DNA of 64,000 nucleotides, taken from NCBI GenBank assembly GCA_023254355.1, contig JALRLR010000001.1:2100-66099 (forward strand), in the 5' to 3' direction. Positions 35,265-43,731 of this stretch are shown here, piece after piece; the first letter of the stretch is position 1; the number at the start of each line of letters is the position of its first letter. The stretch is from Poseidonia sp. (GTDB taxonomy: Archaea > Thermoplasmatota > Poseidoniia > Poseidoniales > Poseidoniaceae). A program made the position numbers and the translations under genes. Under the pieces are notes generated by a model that saw only the letters and a program-made list of their open reading frames with translations, made no database searches and was not told the DNA's origin.

Positions 35265-35738
35265 ATGAAGCACTGGTTGATGAAATCCGAGTTGGATGTT
35301 TATCCCTATTCGCAGTTGGTCGCTGACGGCCAAACGCATTGGGACGGTGTCAGAAATTATCAAGCGAGAAACATGATGCGAGATGACATGAAACTCGGTG
35401 ACTTGGTCTTGTTTTACCATTCAAACACCAAACCGCCGCACGTGGCGGGCGTTGCCAAAATTGTCACTGAAGGGTATCCTGACCACACCTCTTGGGACCG
35501 TCATGGGAAATACTTCGACGAAAAATCAACGCCCGATTCCCCTCGTTGGTTCATGGTTGACATCGCACCGGTACGTGAGTTGCCCATGGTTTCCCTCGAT
35601 GCCATGAGAGAAAATCCCGCTCTCGAGGGCATGTTGCTTCTTCGACGGGGTCAACGACTTTCCGTCCAACCGGTGGAAGAACAACATTTTGCAGAGGTGC
35701 TTTCCATGGCGGGTTGCACCTTGGACGACCTGAGTTGA
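35265..35738 (+). CDS. EVE-domain (PUA-like, modified-base reader) protein
   Basis: MKHWLMKSELDVYPYSQL...WDGVRNYQARNMMRDDMKLGDLVLFYHS...IVTEGYPD fits the EVE/DUF55 consensus. Confidence 0.7.
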   Translation: MKHWLMKSELDVYPYSQLVADGQTHWDGVRNYQARNMMRDDMKLGDLVLFYHSNTKPPHVAGVAKIVTEGYPDHTSWDRHGKYFDEKSTPDSPRWFMVDIAPVRELPMVSLDAMRENPALEGMLLLRRGQRLSVQPVEEQHFAEVLSMAGCTLDDLS

Positions 35739-35739
35739 G

Positions 35740-36957
35740 GTGACCTCCATGGATGGACCGATTCCAGTCTCCTCCCGTGCGGCTTCCATTGAATACGCTA
35801 TTCGGGACGTTGTGGTGCCGGCCACCGAACTCGAGGCGCAAGGTCATCACATCCTCAAACTGAACATCGGGGACCCGATTGCGTATCCGGGTTTACCTAC
35901 GCCACCTCACATGGTCGAGGCCTATGCTGATGCTCTCCGGTCCGGTCGAAACGGGTATTCGCCTTCGTATGGATTGCCCGAACTCCGAGCAGCGTTGGCG
36001 AACGATGAGCAACGGAAGGGGTGGCCGGCTCGACCCGAGGACATCTATGTCTGCCATGGGGTTACGGAAGCCTTGCAGCTCATCTTCGCCGCCGTTTTGG
36101 AGGAAGGAAGCAAGGTTCTGGCTCCCGGTCCACATTACCCTCCCTACATGGCCTACCCCCAACTCTACGGGGGCGAGACGGTCGAGTACAACCTCCACGG
36201 TGACGATGACTGGAGGCCAGATTTTGATGACATTGAAAAGAAAATGGACCAGGATGTCCGTCTCCTGGTGTTGATTAATCCTAACAATCCTTGCGGTACC
36301 GTTTGTGGAAGCGATGACATCGACCGACTCTTGGGGATCGCCCGAGCCTATCCGAATTGCATCGTGGTTGCTGACGAGATCTACGATGGCTTGGATTTCA
36401 CCGGAAACCACGTCTCGGTGGCCAGTCGGAGCACCGATGTCCCCGTGATAGCCCTCAACGGGGTCTCAAAAGTCTACTATGCCCCTGGATGGAGAATCGG
36501 TTACATGGCTCTTCACGACCCGTTGGACCGATTGAGCCTTGTCCGAGACGGTCTTGAGCGTCTGCTTCGTTCGCGGCTTTGTGCTTCGACGCCCGCACAA
36601 TTGGGCTATTTGGCAGGTCTCACCGGAGACCGCACCTGGATGCAAACCTACAGCCAGCGCGTGAAGGCCCAACGTGATTATTGCCTCCAACGAATTTCTG
36701 AAATTGATGGCCTCGAAGTGCAAACCCCGGGTGGAGCGTTTTACATGTTTGTGAAGCTGACCGATCCAAAATGGCAGGACAACGACAAAGAGTTCGTGTT
36801 GAGCCTCTTGCATGAGGAGAAGGTGCTGCTTGTTCACGGCAGTGGATTTTCCCCTGAGCGGGGAAAGGGGCATGTTCGATTGGTGTACCTCGCAGCATTG
36901 GATGTGCTTGAGGATGCCTTTTCTCGAATCGAACGATTCCTCACGAGACACCGCTGA
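35740..36957 (+). CDS. Class I/II PLP aminotransferase (aspartate/alanine aminotransferase-like)
   Basis: Y.PS.G.PELR, the GVSKVYYAPGWRIGY Lys-PLP region, 405 aa. Confidence 0.8.
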   Translation: MTSMDGPIPVSSRAASIEYAIRDVVVPATELEAQGHHILKLNIGDPIAYPGLPTPPHMVEAYADALRSGRNGYSPSYGLPELRAALANDEQRKGWPARPEDIYVCHGVTEALQLIFAAVLEEGSKVLAPGPHYPPYMAYPQLYGGETVEYNLHGDDDWRPDFDDIEKKMDQDVRLLVLINPNNPCGTVCGSDDIDRLLGIARAYPNCIVVADEIYDGLDFTGNHVSVASRSTDVPVIALNGVSKVYYAPGWRIGYMALHDPLDRLSLVRDGLERLLRSRLCASTPAQLGYLAGLTGDRTWMQTYSQRVKAQRDYCLQRISEIDGLEVQTPGGAFYMFVKLTDPKWQDNDKEFVLSLLHEEKVLLVHGSGFSPERGKGHVRLVYLAALDVLEDAFSRIERFLTRHR

Positions 36958-36983
36958 AGGCGCTTCATGCAGACGGAGATTTC

Positions 36984-39900
36984 ATGAAGCATTATCCTCG
37001 CATCCAACCCATGCGCTGGTCAATTCGTGCATGGGTGGTTGTTCTTGCAACCACCTTTGCCTCAACTTCCGCCCGTGCATCCACCGTCTCGGCCAGCACG
37101 GGGGTCACCGTTGATTTGGTCGCTCCATTGGGCATCGCTTTGGTCATCGCCGTCATGATTCGTCGTTGGTTCATCCCTCAACAACTCAAAAATTTGCAAG
37201 TTGCGTTTGAAATTGATGACGATTTGTACGAGGTGCACCGAATCACACGAACGCTCAGAGATTCACGACGTTTGCTCAAAGAAGGTCGAACCGGATTCGG
37301 TGTGTTGCTTTACATGATGGGTCTGACCGGGGTCCTCATCATCATCGCTGAGTTGTTGTTCAATGCCGATGTCTTTTCCAGCATCAACCTCTACATTGTT
37401 GGGGTGCTGATCGGTATCCCTGTTTTTATCTCGCCATGGGAATCGTTGAGCAGCCTTCTCTCGAGCAAAAAGCGTGAAACGAAGACGTCCATCGGAGCCG
37501 ATCTTCTCCGCCGCCTGACCACCTTGGCGTTGTTGTTGGTCGCTACCGGCCTTGTTTTGGCGTACGGGATGCAAGTTGAAGGCAGTTTAACACCAACTTG
37601 GATGGCGTTTGGTCTCTTAGCCTTCATGGCTCCTACCATTTTCGCCTATGGTCGAATCATGGGTGCTTCTTGGAACATGCTTCTCATCAGCAAGTGGCGC
37701 ACCACTCGTGGTCGGAAAAATCCGATTGACCCTGAAAAGAACGGCTTCATCGGCCGTTTGTTTTCCTTCGTCTTGGTCCTGTTCCTCTTGACGATGCCCG
37801 TCACGGCCCTCAACGGAATTTTGACCGTGTTGTACGTGATGCTCAATTCGCCTCCCAATTCCGAAGAAATTCTCAATTTTGGTGGCATCATTGGCTACAC
37901 CATCTACTTGAACATTGATTTGATCGCTGAAATCCTTTTTCAACTTGAATTCATCAAATCCTTGCCAGAAATTTTGTCGCTTTACCTCACCATGAACATC
38001 GCCATCGTTGGCCTTGCGTTTATCTTCGAATTGACACGCAACTTGATTCTCGGAGGTCAAACGTTCGGCGGCATGTTCGGCGTGACCCTTGACACGCCGC
38101 GGGAGATCCGAGCGGAAAAGTCTGCTCAGGCTCGCCAATTGACCTTTGCCTTTGCCGGATTTTCAGGATACACGGTTCTCCTTTTGATTCTGGTCTGTTA
38201 CAAGGAATTCGGAGATTTGATGCCGTTGACCGATTGGCTTGAGTTGCGTGGTTTTGATGAAGAGATGCGCCTCCTCACGACCTGGCTGTTTATTGCGGTC
38301 GGCCAAGCGGTCTTCTTGATCGCTTGGCTGCTCTCCATCAGTCGCTTTGGTACCCTTCGTAAGCTACGCTTTGACCTCAATCCGGACGAGCGAAGGGAGG
38401 GTGCCGTGAAACTCGCAGGTGGCGACCGCCTTCAGAACCTGGTAGAAACCGCGGCCTTCAACGAGGACATTGACCTGCTGATTCGGATTCAAACTCATGA
38501 TTTCCCTGGAGATCAAGCGCTGATCCGTCAGGAACAATCGCGCGCCTCCATGTGGGAGAAAGCCCTGAGAGGATTGTGGCCGGAGGCCATTGAAGAGAGC
38601 CGGAAATTGTTGGCACAGACCGGTGGTGACAACGATGAGGCACGCATGATCATTGCAACAGGTTACATCGCCCTACGTCGTTTGGATGCAGCGCGTGAGG
38701 CCTTGCACGGCCTCCAGCAACCCGAAGGATATGACGAGCCCGAGATTTTGTCGTTCATTTGCGAGTGGATGGATCCCTGGCACGGATCCGTGACTGAAGA
38801 CGACCTCTGGGATTGGGAAAACAATTCGGTCATTGACCATCTCCAAATGCTGCAAAACATGATGCGTTATTGGAGTCCACAGCCAAAGGACATGATGGTT
38901 CACAACGATCGCATTTCTCAAATTGGTCAGTTGACGATGGTAGCGCTTCTTCGAGCCCAACGACTTTACGACGAAGCCCTTGAACTCTCGCTGTCACTCG
39001 TCCGGGGCGATCCAACGGGTGTTCGGCCTCGAATTGCGACCGCCCTCTGCTTGCTAGATACTGGACAATGGTTTGATGCCAAAACCGTGGTCGATGAGCT
39101 CATCAAGAGCGATGGCAAGGACCCGAGAGTGATGGCGCTCGGTGTCATCTTTGGATACGGAAAGAAAGGAAACGAGCACATGGAAGTGTCCTTGCTCGTT
39201 GACGACGCCAAAACAACCCGTCACTGGATGGACGCCGCTCCGGTCAACGCCTATGCTGCGCTGCTCCAGAAAGGGGGTCTTGACGAGGCCCTCAACGCCA
39301 ACGTGATGGTGGCCGCCCATGAGGCCACACGCAGAGCGATGCCACCGCGTTTTTCTCCAAGTGTGCTCGCCAATGTCTTCCAATATCTGGTGTTAATTCC
39401 ACTTTGGGTGGTCATCGGCATCCTGACGTACCAAGAAATTGGTCCCGCTGAAGGCCTTTCTGCCTTGGGCGGTTTGCTGTTCATGCATTTTTCCTATGTG
39501 CGGTTCTCCAGGCAGCAGGAGCATCAAATCAAGCACCGCGATCAACGAGGTTTGATCAAGTATGCAAAGCGGATGCGCCGCTTCAAAGCCACGCCGCACA
39601 TGGACAACATCCCCATTGGAAATCATCTTCTGATGAGCGGGATTTTGGTCTCCGTGAATGGGGTTGTTCTGGACGTCGGGTTCCCTGCATGGTTATTCGA
39701 ACGCTTGCCGAAGGAACCGGAAAAGAAGGTGCGTGGCCGATTGAAGAGGCGGGCGGCCAACCTCGAGAAAGGGCGGACTCCGCGGGTCAGCCCCCTCGGC
39801 AAAGCCTGGTGGCTCAAGCGTCCGAAGGAGCACAACGAAGTTGGCCCTGTGCTGGAGCGTGAAATCGGCCCCGTTGCGTATCGTGGGAGGACGAACTACG

Positions 39901-40010
39901 TTCGCAAGAAGGAACCTCAATCTCTGAACGCTGCGGCTGAAGGGAAGGATGAAATCGTTCAGAACCGGTTCATCCCAAGAAACACCATTCGAAGCGAACG
40001 CCTTGGTTGA
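36984..40010 (+). CDS. Large hypothetical membrane protein (1008 aa): N-terminal polytopic domain, central TPR-like helical domain, additional TM segment and basic C-terminal tail
   Basis: About 480 aa of TM helices; a helical-repeat region (ARMIIATGYIALRRLDAAREAL...); a later TM LVLIPLWVVIGILTY; and the C-terminus RGRLKRRAANLEKGRTPR. No catalytic motif recognised. Confidence 0.45.
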   Translation: MKHYPRIQPMRWSIRAWVVVLATTFASTSARASTVSASTGVTVDLVAPLGIALVIAVMIRRWFIPQQLKNLQVAFEIDDDLYEVHRITRTLRDSRRLLKEGRTGFGVLLYMMGLTGVLIIIAELLFNADVFSSINLYIVGVLIGIPVFISPWESLSSLLSSKKRETKTSIGADLLRRLTTLALLLVATGLVLAYGMQVEGSLTPTWMAFGLLAFMAPTIFAYGRIMGASWNMLLISKWRTTRGRKNPIDPEKNGFIGRLFSFVLVLFLLTMPVTALNGILTVLYVMLNSPPNSEEILNFGGIIGYTIYLNIDLIAEILFQLEFIKSLPEILSLYLTMNIAIVGLAFIFELTRNLILGGQTFGGMFGVTLDTPREIRAEKSAQARQLTFAFAGFSGYTVLLLILVCYKEFGDLMPLTDWLELRGFDEEMRLLTTWLFIAVGQAVFLIAWLLSISRFGTLRKLRFDLNPDERREGAVKLAGGDRLQNLVETAAFNEDIDLLIRIQTHDFPGDQALIRQEQSRASMWEKALRGLWPEAIEESRKLLAQTGGDNDEARMIIATGYIALRRLDAAREALHGLQQPEGYDEPEILSFICEWMDPWHGSVTEDDLWDWENNSVIDHLQMLQNMMRYWSPQPKDMMVHNDRISQIGQLTMVALLRAQRLYDEALELSLSLVRGDPTGVRPRIATALCLLDTGQWFDAKTVVDELIKSDGKDPRVMALGVIFGYGKKGNEHMEVSLLVDDAKTTRHWMDAAPVNAYAALLQKGGLDEALNANVMVAAHEATRRAMPPRFSPSVLANVFQYLVLIPLWVVIGILTYQEIGPAEGLSALGGLLFMHFSYVRFSRQQEHQIKHRDQRGLIKYAKRMRRFKATPHMDNIPIGNHLLMSGILVSVNGVVLDVGFPAWLFERLPKEPEKKVRGRLKRRAANLEKGRTPRVSPLGKAWWLKRPKEHNEVGPVLEREIGPVAYRGRTNYVRKKEPQSLNAAAEGKDEIVQNRFIPRNTIRSERLG

Positions 40011-40050
40011 GCATCCACTTGCCCATGAGGTAGGGTTCAAAGACCGATTG

Positions 40051-41382
40051 ATGCAGTTGTGGTTCATGGACCAAGGACCCGGGGCGTGGACCCCAAGGGA
40101 AGAAAACAGGCAACTTGGATTGACCGTCCTTGAAGCGGTTCAATCAAGCGGACGTCTCTATCGAGACGGTCTTGGCATGATCGCTTCAGAGAACATCGTG
40201 TCGCCGTTGGTTCAGGACATCGTGGCCAGCGACTTGCACGGCCGATACGCCGAAGGCCTGCCTGGCAAACGCTATTACCAAGGATGCGATGATTTTGACA
40301 CCATTGAATCGCTGGGGATTTCGTTGGCAAAAGAAGTGTTTAACGCACCGTTTGCCAACATTCAATCAACGTCCGGTACGGTCTCCAACATCGGGGCACT
40401 CAAGGCATTGGCCAAACCCGGTGACCGCATTACGGCCGTCTCCACCGCCGATGGGGGTCACATCTCGCACGCACGCATGGGTGCCGTTGGCTTGCGAGAT
40501 TTGGACTTGACCACCTATCCGTGGGACGAAGCACGTATGGAGCCCGACATCGATGCAGCTTGCGCCATGATTCGTGAAGTGGAGCCGAAGGTGGCGTTGT
40601 TTGGTCAATCGGTGTTTTTGTTTCCCACGCCGCTCAAGGAGATGGCTGAGGCTGCGAAAGAAGTGGGGGCTGCCGTCATGTACGACGGTGCACATGTGTT
40701 GGGGCTGATCGCCGGTGGACAATTCCAAGACCCCCTCCGAGAAGGGGCCGATGTCATGACGGGCTCAAGTCACAAGACGTTCCCTGGTCCACAGGGGGGT
40801 TTTTTGCTGTCCTCATCTGGGGATGAAGCCTACCAGAAGCGCCTGAACACCGCGATGTTCCCCGGAGTATGTTCTTCATATCATTTGCACCACGTCGCTG
40901 GCAAGGTCATGGCCCTCGCCGAATTCAAGGAATATGGCGAAGCCTATGCTCGAGATACGGTGGCCAACGCTCAAGCCTTTGCTCAAGCCTTGGCCGCTGA
41001 AGGCTTCGATGTGCTTGCAGAGGGGCGAGGCTACACGGCCTCTCATCAAGTGTTGACGCGGCATGGAGCGTTGGACTCAGGAGCGGGGGCCAAGGCAGCC
41101 AAGCGTTTGGAACAGGCGGGTATCATCACCAACATGAACATGCTCCCCGGTGATACCAAAGCGATGCAACCATCGGGTCTTCGCTTGGGTGTACAGGAAC
41201 TCACCCGAGTGGGTTTTGATACTGACCTGATGAAAGACGTGGCGAACTTGTATGCAAGAGTGTTGCTTCATGAGGAGGACCCCGCTTCGGTAAAGGCCGA
41301 TGTTCGAGCGCTCAAAAACGAGCATCACGTCATCCGGTACTGTTTCAATGAAGAAGGTCGCTCCGGTTATCCAGTTGCATGA
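40051..41382 (+). CDS. glyA: Serine hydroxymethyltransferase
   Basis: MIASENIVSPLV, YYQGC, the TGSSHKTFPGPQGGF PLP-lysine motif. The track start 39949 overlaps the upstream gene; ATG 40051 or 40066 is likely. Confidence 0.85.
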   Translation: MQLWFMDQGPGAWTPREENRQLGLTVLEAVQSSGRLYRDGLGMIASENIVSPLVQDIVASDLHGRYAEGLPGKRYYQGCDDFDTIESLGISLAKEVFNAPFANIQSTSGTVSNIGALKALAKPGDRITAVSTADGGHISHARMGAVGLRDLDLTTYPWDEARMEPDIDAACAMIREVEPKVALFGQSVFLFPTPLKEMAEAAKEVGAAVMYDGAHVLGLIAGGQFQDPLREGADVMTGSSHKTFPGPQGGFLLSSSGDEAYQKRLNTAMFPGVCSSYHLHHVAGKVMALAEFKEYGEAYARDTVANAQAFAQALAAEGFDVLAEGRGYTASHQVLTRHGALDSGAGAKAAKRLEQAGIITNMNMLPGDTKAMQPSGLRLGVQELTRVGFDTDLMKDVANLYARVLLHEEDPASVKADVRALKNEHHVIRYCFNEEGRSGYPVA

Positions 41383-42414
41383 GTGTTGATCTTCATGGAG
41401 GAGTTCGAGAGCCGCTTTTCGGGGTTCTCGTTTGACGGGGAGGGGGTCATTCTTGACCCCAACGGACAACGATTGTGTTTGTTTGGAATGCTGGACTTTG
41501 AACGGTTTTGGTCCGCTTTTGATGCCTTCTCGCCAGCCCCTCTCGGACGAAAATTGCTCTACGCCGTCGCTGATGCTGAAGAATTCATTCTGTTGAACGG
41601 CGGGTTTGACACAGGGTCTTGGTTGAAGCGACGAAAACTCAAACGATCGCTGGCTGAGCGCAACCTTGGGATGGGTTGGGGTTTGATGGGGGGAGGCGCC
41701 GTACGGTTCCCTGCTCACGATGTGGTTTCGGTTGGTGTGGCGTTGGCCCAACACGAGCATGTGTCCAAACAACGCTGGAAAGTCAATTGGGCACAACAAA
41801 ACAGTGATTTCATCGCCTTGGAGTTCATCCCTCAGGACCGGGTTATTCCACCGGCGAGAGCCGTGCGGCCGCCTAACTGGGGGACGGTGGACATCGGTCC
41901 CACAAGCTCAACTTCCGTGCCCTTTGATGCCGATGTTCGAGACAACGGCTTCTTTTTTGGACAACAGCGGAGTTTTTTCCTTCCTGTCTCCGTGTTCCAC
42001 CGACTGTATGTGGAGTTGAACGGGCGTCCACTTAATGTCGAGGCAAGCGACGGTGCATCGATTGAAGTGAACCTCGATGAAAACGCCCTTCTGTTCCGAT
42101 GCGTGGTTCTTGCGGCAAAACGGATGTTTGAACAAGGCGAATTTCCGGTATTCGTCCTTCAAGCAGACGATTGGATGGGCGTGTTAGGGCAACGAATTTC
42201 CAAGTTCGGGCTGGGTGCCGTTGAGGTTCTCTCCTCGAGACTGGACGGTGATTTTTCAACCTCGTTTCGAATACATTCTCCGTTGCCGGGCATCACCACT
42301 GGACTGGTGTTTGCGATGTGGGAACGTTGCTTCGGCCAGCGTGGACACACAACGGTCATGATCGGCGACCATTCGGTGGAGGTGACGGTCGCAAAACCTG
42401 CGCTAGAATATTGA
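41383..42414 (+). CDS. Hypothetical protein (343 aa), no recognisable motif
   Basis: Intact ORF abutting the glyA stop; mixed alpha/beta composition. Confidence 0.4.
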   Translation: MLIFMEEFESRFSGFSFDGEGVILDPNGQRLCLFGMLDFERFWSAFDAFSPAPLGRKLLYAVADAEEFILLNGGFDTGSWLKRRKLKRSLAERNLGMGWGLMGGGAVRFPAHDVVSVGVALAQHEHVSKQRWKVNWAQQNSDFIALEFIPQDRVIPPARAVRPPNWGTVDIGPTSSTSVPFDADVRDNGFFFGQQRSFFLPVSVFHRLYVELNGRPLNVEASDGASIEVNLDENALLFRCVVLAAKRMFEQGEFPVFVLQADDWMGVLGQRISKFGLGAVEVLSSRLDGDFSTSFRIHSPLPGITTGLVFAMWERCFGQRGHTTVMIGDHSVEVTVAKPALEY

Positions 42415-42510
42415 CAAAAATCCTACCACTCCTCGCTTGTGTGTCATGAAAACCTGCCCATGGAAGGTCAAGGTTCATAACCGAATCAACGCCTCGTCGG
42501 GAATGCACAG

Positions 42511-43656
42511 ATGTGCGGGGAATGGAACATGAGCCTAAATCACAATCAAATGGCGTATGTAGCAATTGTTTCGACCTTGATTTTCGGATCTCTTTTCGTG
42601 GGTGTTTCCGGCTTCTTTCAAACCAGCGAAAACATCGGTGGTTTTGATAGCGCTGTGGAAGAAGACATTCGTGGTCAATCCGAGTTGATGGAAACCGCCA
42701 CCGATTCCGATGGCGATGGCTTGTCGGACAAACTCGAGGAAACCCAGTACGGTACGGATCCTGATGACCCTGACACCGATAATGACGGTTTAAGCGATGG
42801 CTGGGAAGTTCAACACGGGCTGAATCCGCTCGATAACGGAGAATCTGAGGATATCGAAGTTGACCCAACCCAAAGCGAAGATACCGAAGCCGAGGGTCTT
42901 GAAAACGAAACCGAGTCGTGGCCCGATCCCAGCCAAGGTCCCAACGGGGACCCTGACCGAGATGGATTGACCAATCAGGCAGAAGCCGAACTCGGCACGG
43001 ACCCACAACGCGCTGATACCGATAATGACGGACTCAACGACCGCTGGGAATCCCTCTACACCATGGGCGTTCAAACTCCCGGTGGCGAGGTGATTCTGTT
43101 CAATCCCCTCGACGGAAACTGGGATTGCTTGCTCCTTGACCAAGCCATGGTGGACGCCCTTGAAGTTCGTTTTAACGGCGAGAACGGCATGGCGGATTGG
43201 GATGACCTGGCTTCAAACGGACGTCATTCCTGCGACATGGTGCTTGACACCGATGACGACGGCCTTGCAAACTTTGAGGAGGAAGCGTTCGGAACCAACC
43301 CCACGGCGCGAGACTCCGACAACGACTTGATTGACGATATCGTTGAGGTCGCCAACGAAACCATCGCCCTTTACATGGGCATGGGCGAACAATGCAATGA
43401 AAAGTTGCTTGACCCTGTCCCCCGTGTTGGGCCTTTCTTTGGCGTTGAACGTAGCTGGTTCATGATGGACATGGACAACGATGGATTGCTCAATGGACCA
43501 TCGGACTGGGATACTGACGGTGACGGGATGCCTGATGGCTTTGAGTACTGTTATTCGATACCCGGCATGGCACCGAACGCCGCCTACGTGCTGAACCCTT
43601 CAAACGCCTCGGACGGCTACGGTGACTGGGACGAAGACGGCATGAACAACCTCTAG
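42511..43656 (+). CDS. Membrane-anchored protein with thrombospondin type-3-like Ca-binding repeats: N-terminal fragment ending at an in-frame TAG
   Basis: Signal anchor MAYVAIVSTLIFGSLFVGVSGFF. Repeats DSDGDGLSDKLEE, DTDNDGLSDGWE, DTDNDGLNDRWE, DTDDDGLANFEEE, DTDGDGMPDGFE. It ends ...GDWDEDGMNNL-TAG. It is in the same frame as the next ORF. Confidence 0.6.
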   Translation: MCGEWNMSLNHNQMAYVAIVSTLIFGSLFVGVSGFFQTSENIGGFDSAVEEDIRGQSELMETATDSDGDGLSDKLEETQYGTDPDDPDTDNDGLSDGWEVQHGLNPLDNGESEDIEVDPTQSEDTEAEGLENETESWPDPSQGPNGDPDRDGLTNQAEAELGTDPQRADTDNDGLNDRWESLYTMGVQTPGGEVILFNPLDGNWDCLLLDQAMVDALEVRFNGENGMADWDDLASNGRHSCDMVLDTDDDGLANFEEEAFGTNPTARDSDNDLIDDIVEVANETIALYMGMGEQCNEKLLDPVPRVGPFFGVERSWFMMDMDNDGLLNGPSDWDTDGDGMPDGFEYCYSIPGMAPNAAYVLNPSNASDGYGDWDEDGMNNL

Positions 43657-43731
43657 GAGTACCAGGTTGCCCAAATTTTTGGCGAGGGTAACTTCACCTC
43701 ACCTTGGCTGGAAGACACCGATCGAGATGAC

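Noticed and set aside
43654-43656. TAG as a pyrrolysine or otherwise recoded sense codon
   Set aside because: The stop sits exactly where the paralogous repeats have GAG (Glu), one substitution away. No pyl genes or methanogen markers appear in the window. A nonsense mutation or sequencing error is more parsimonious; I kept it as a finding because it is testable.
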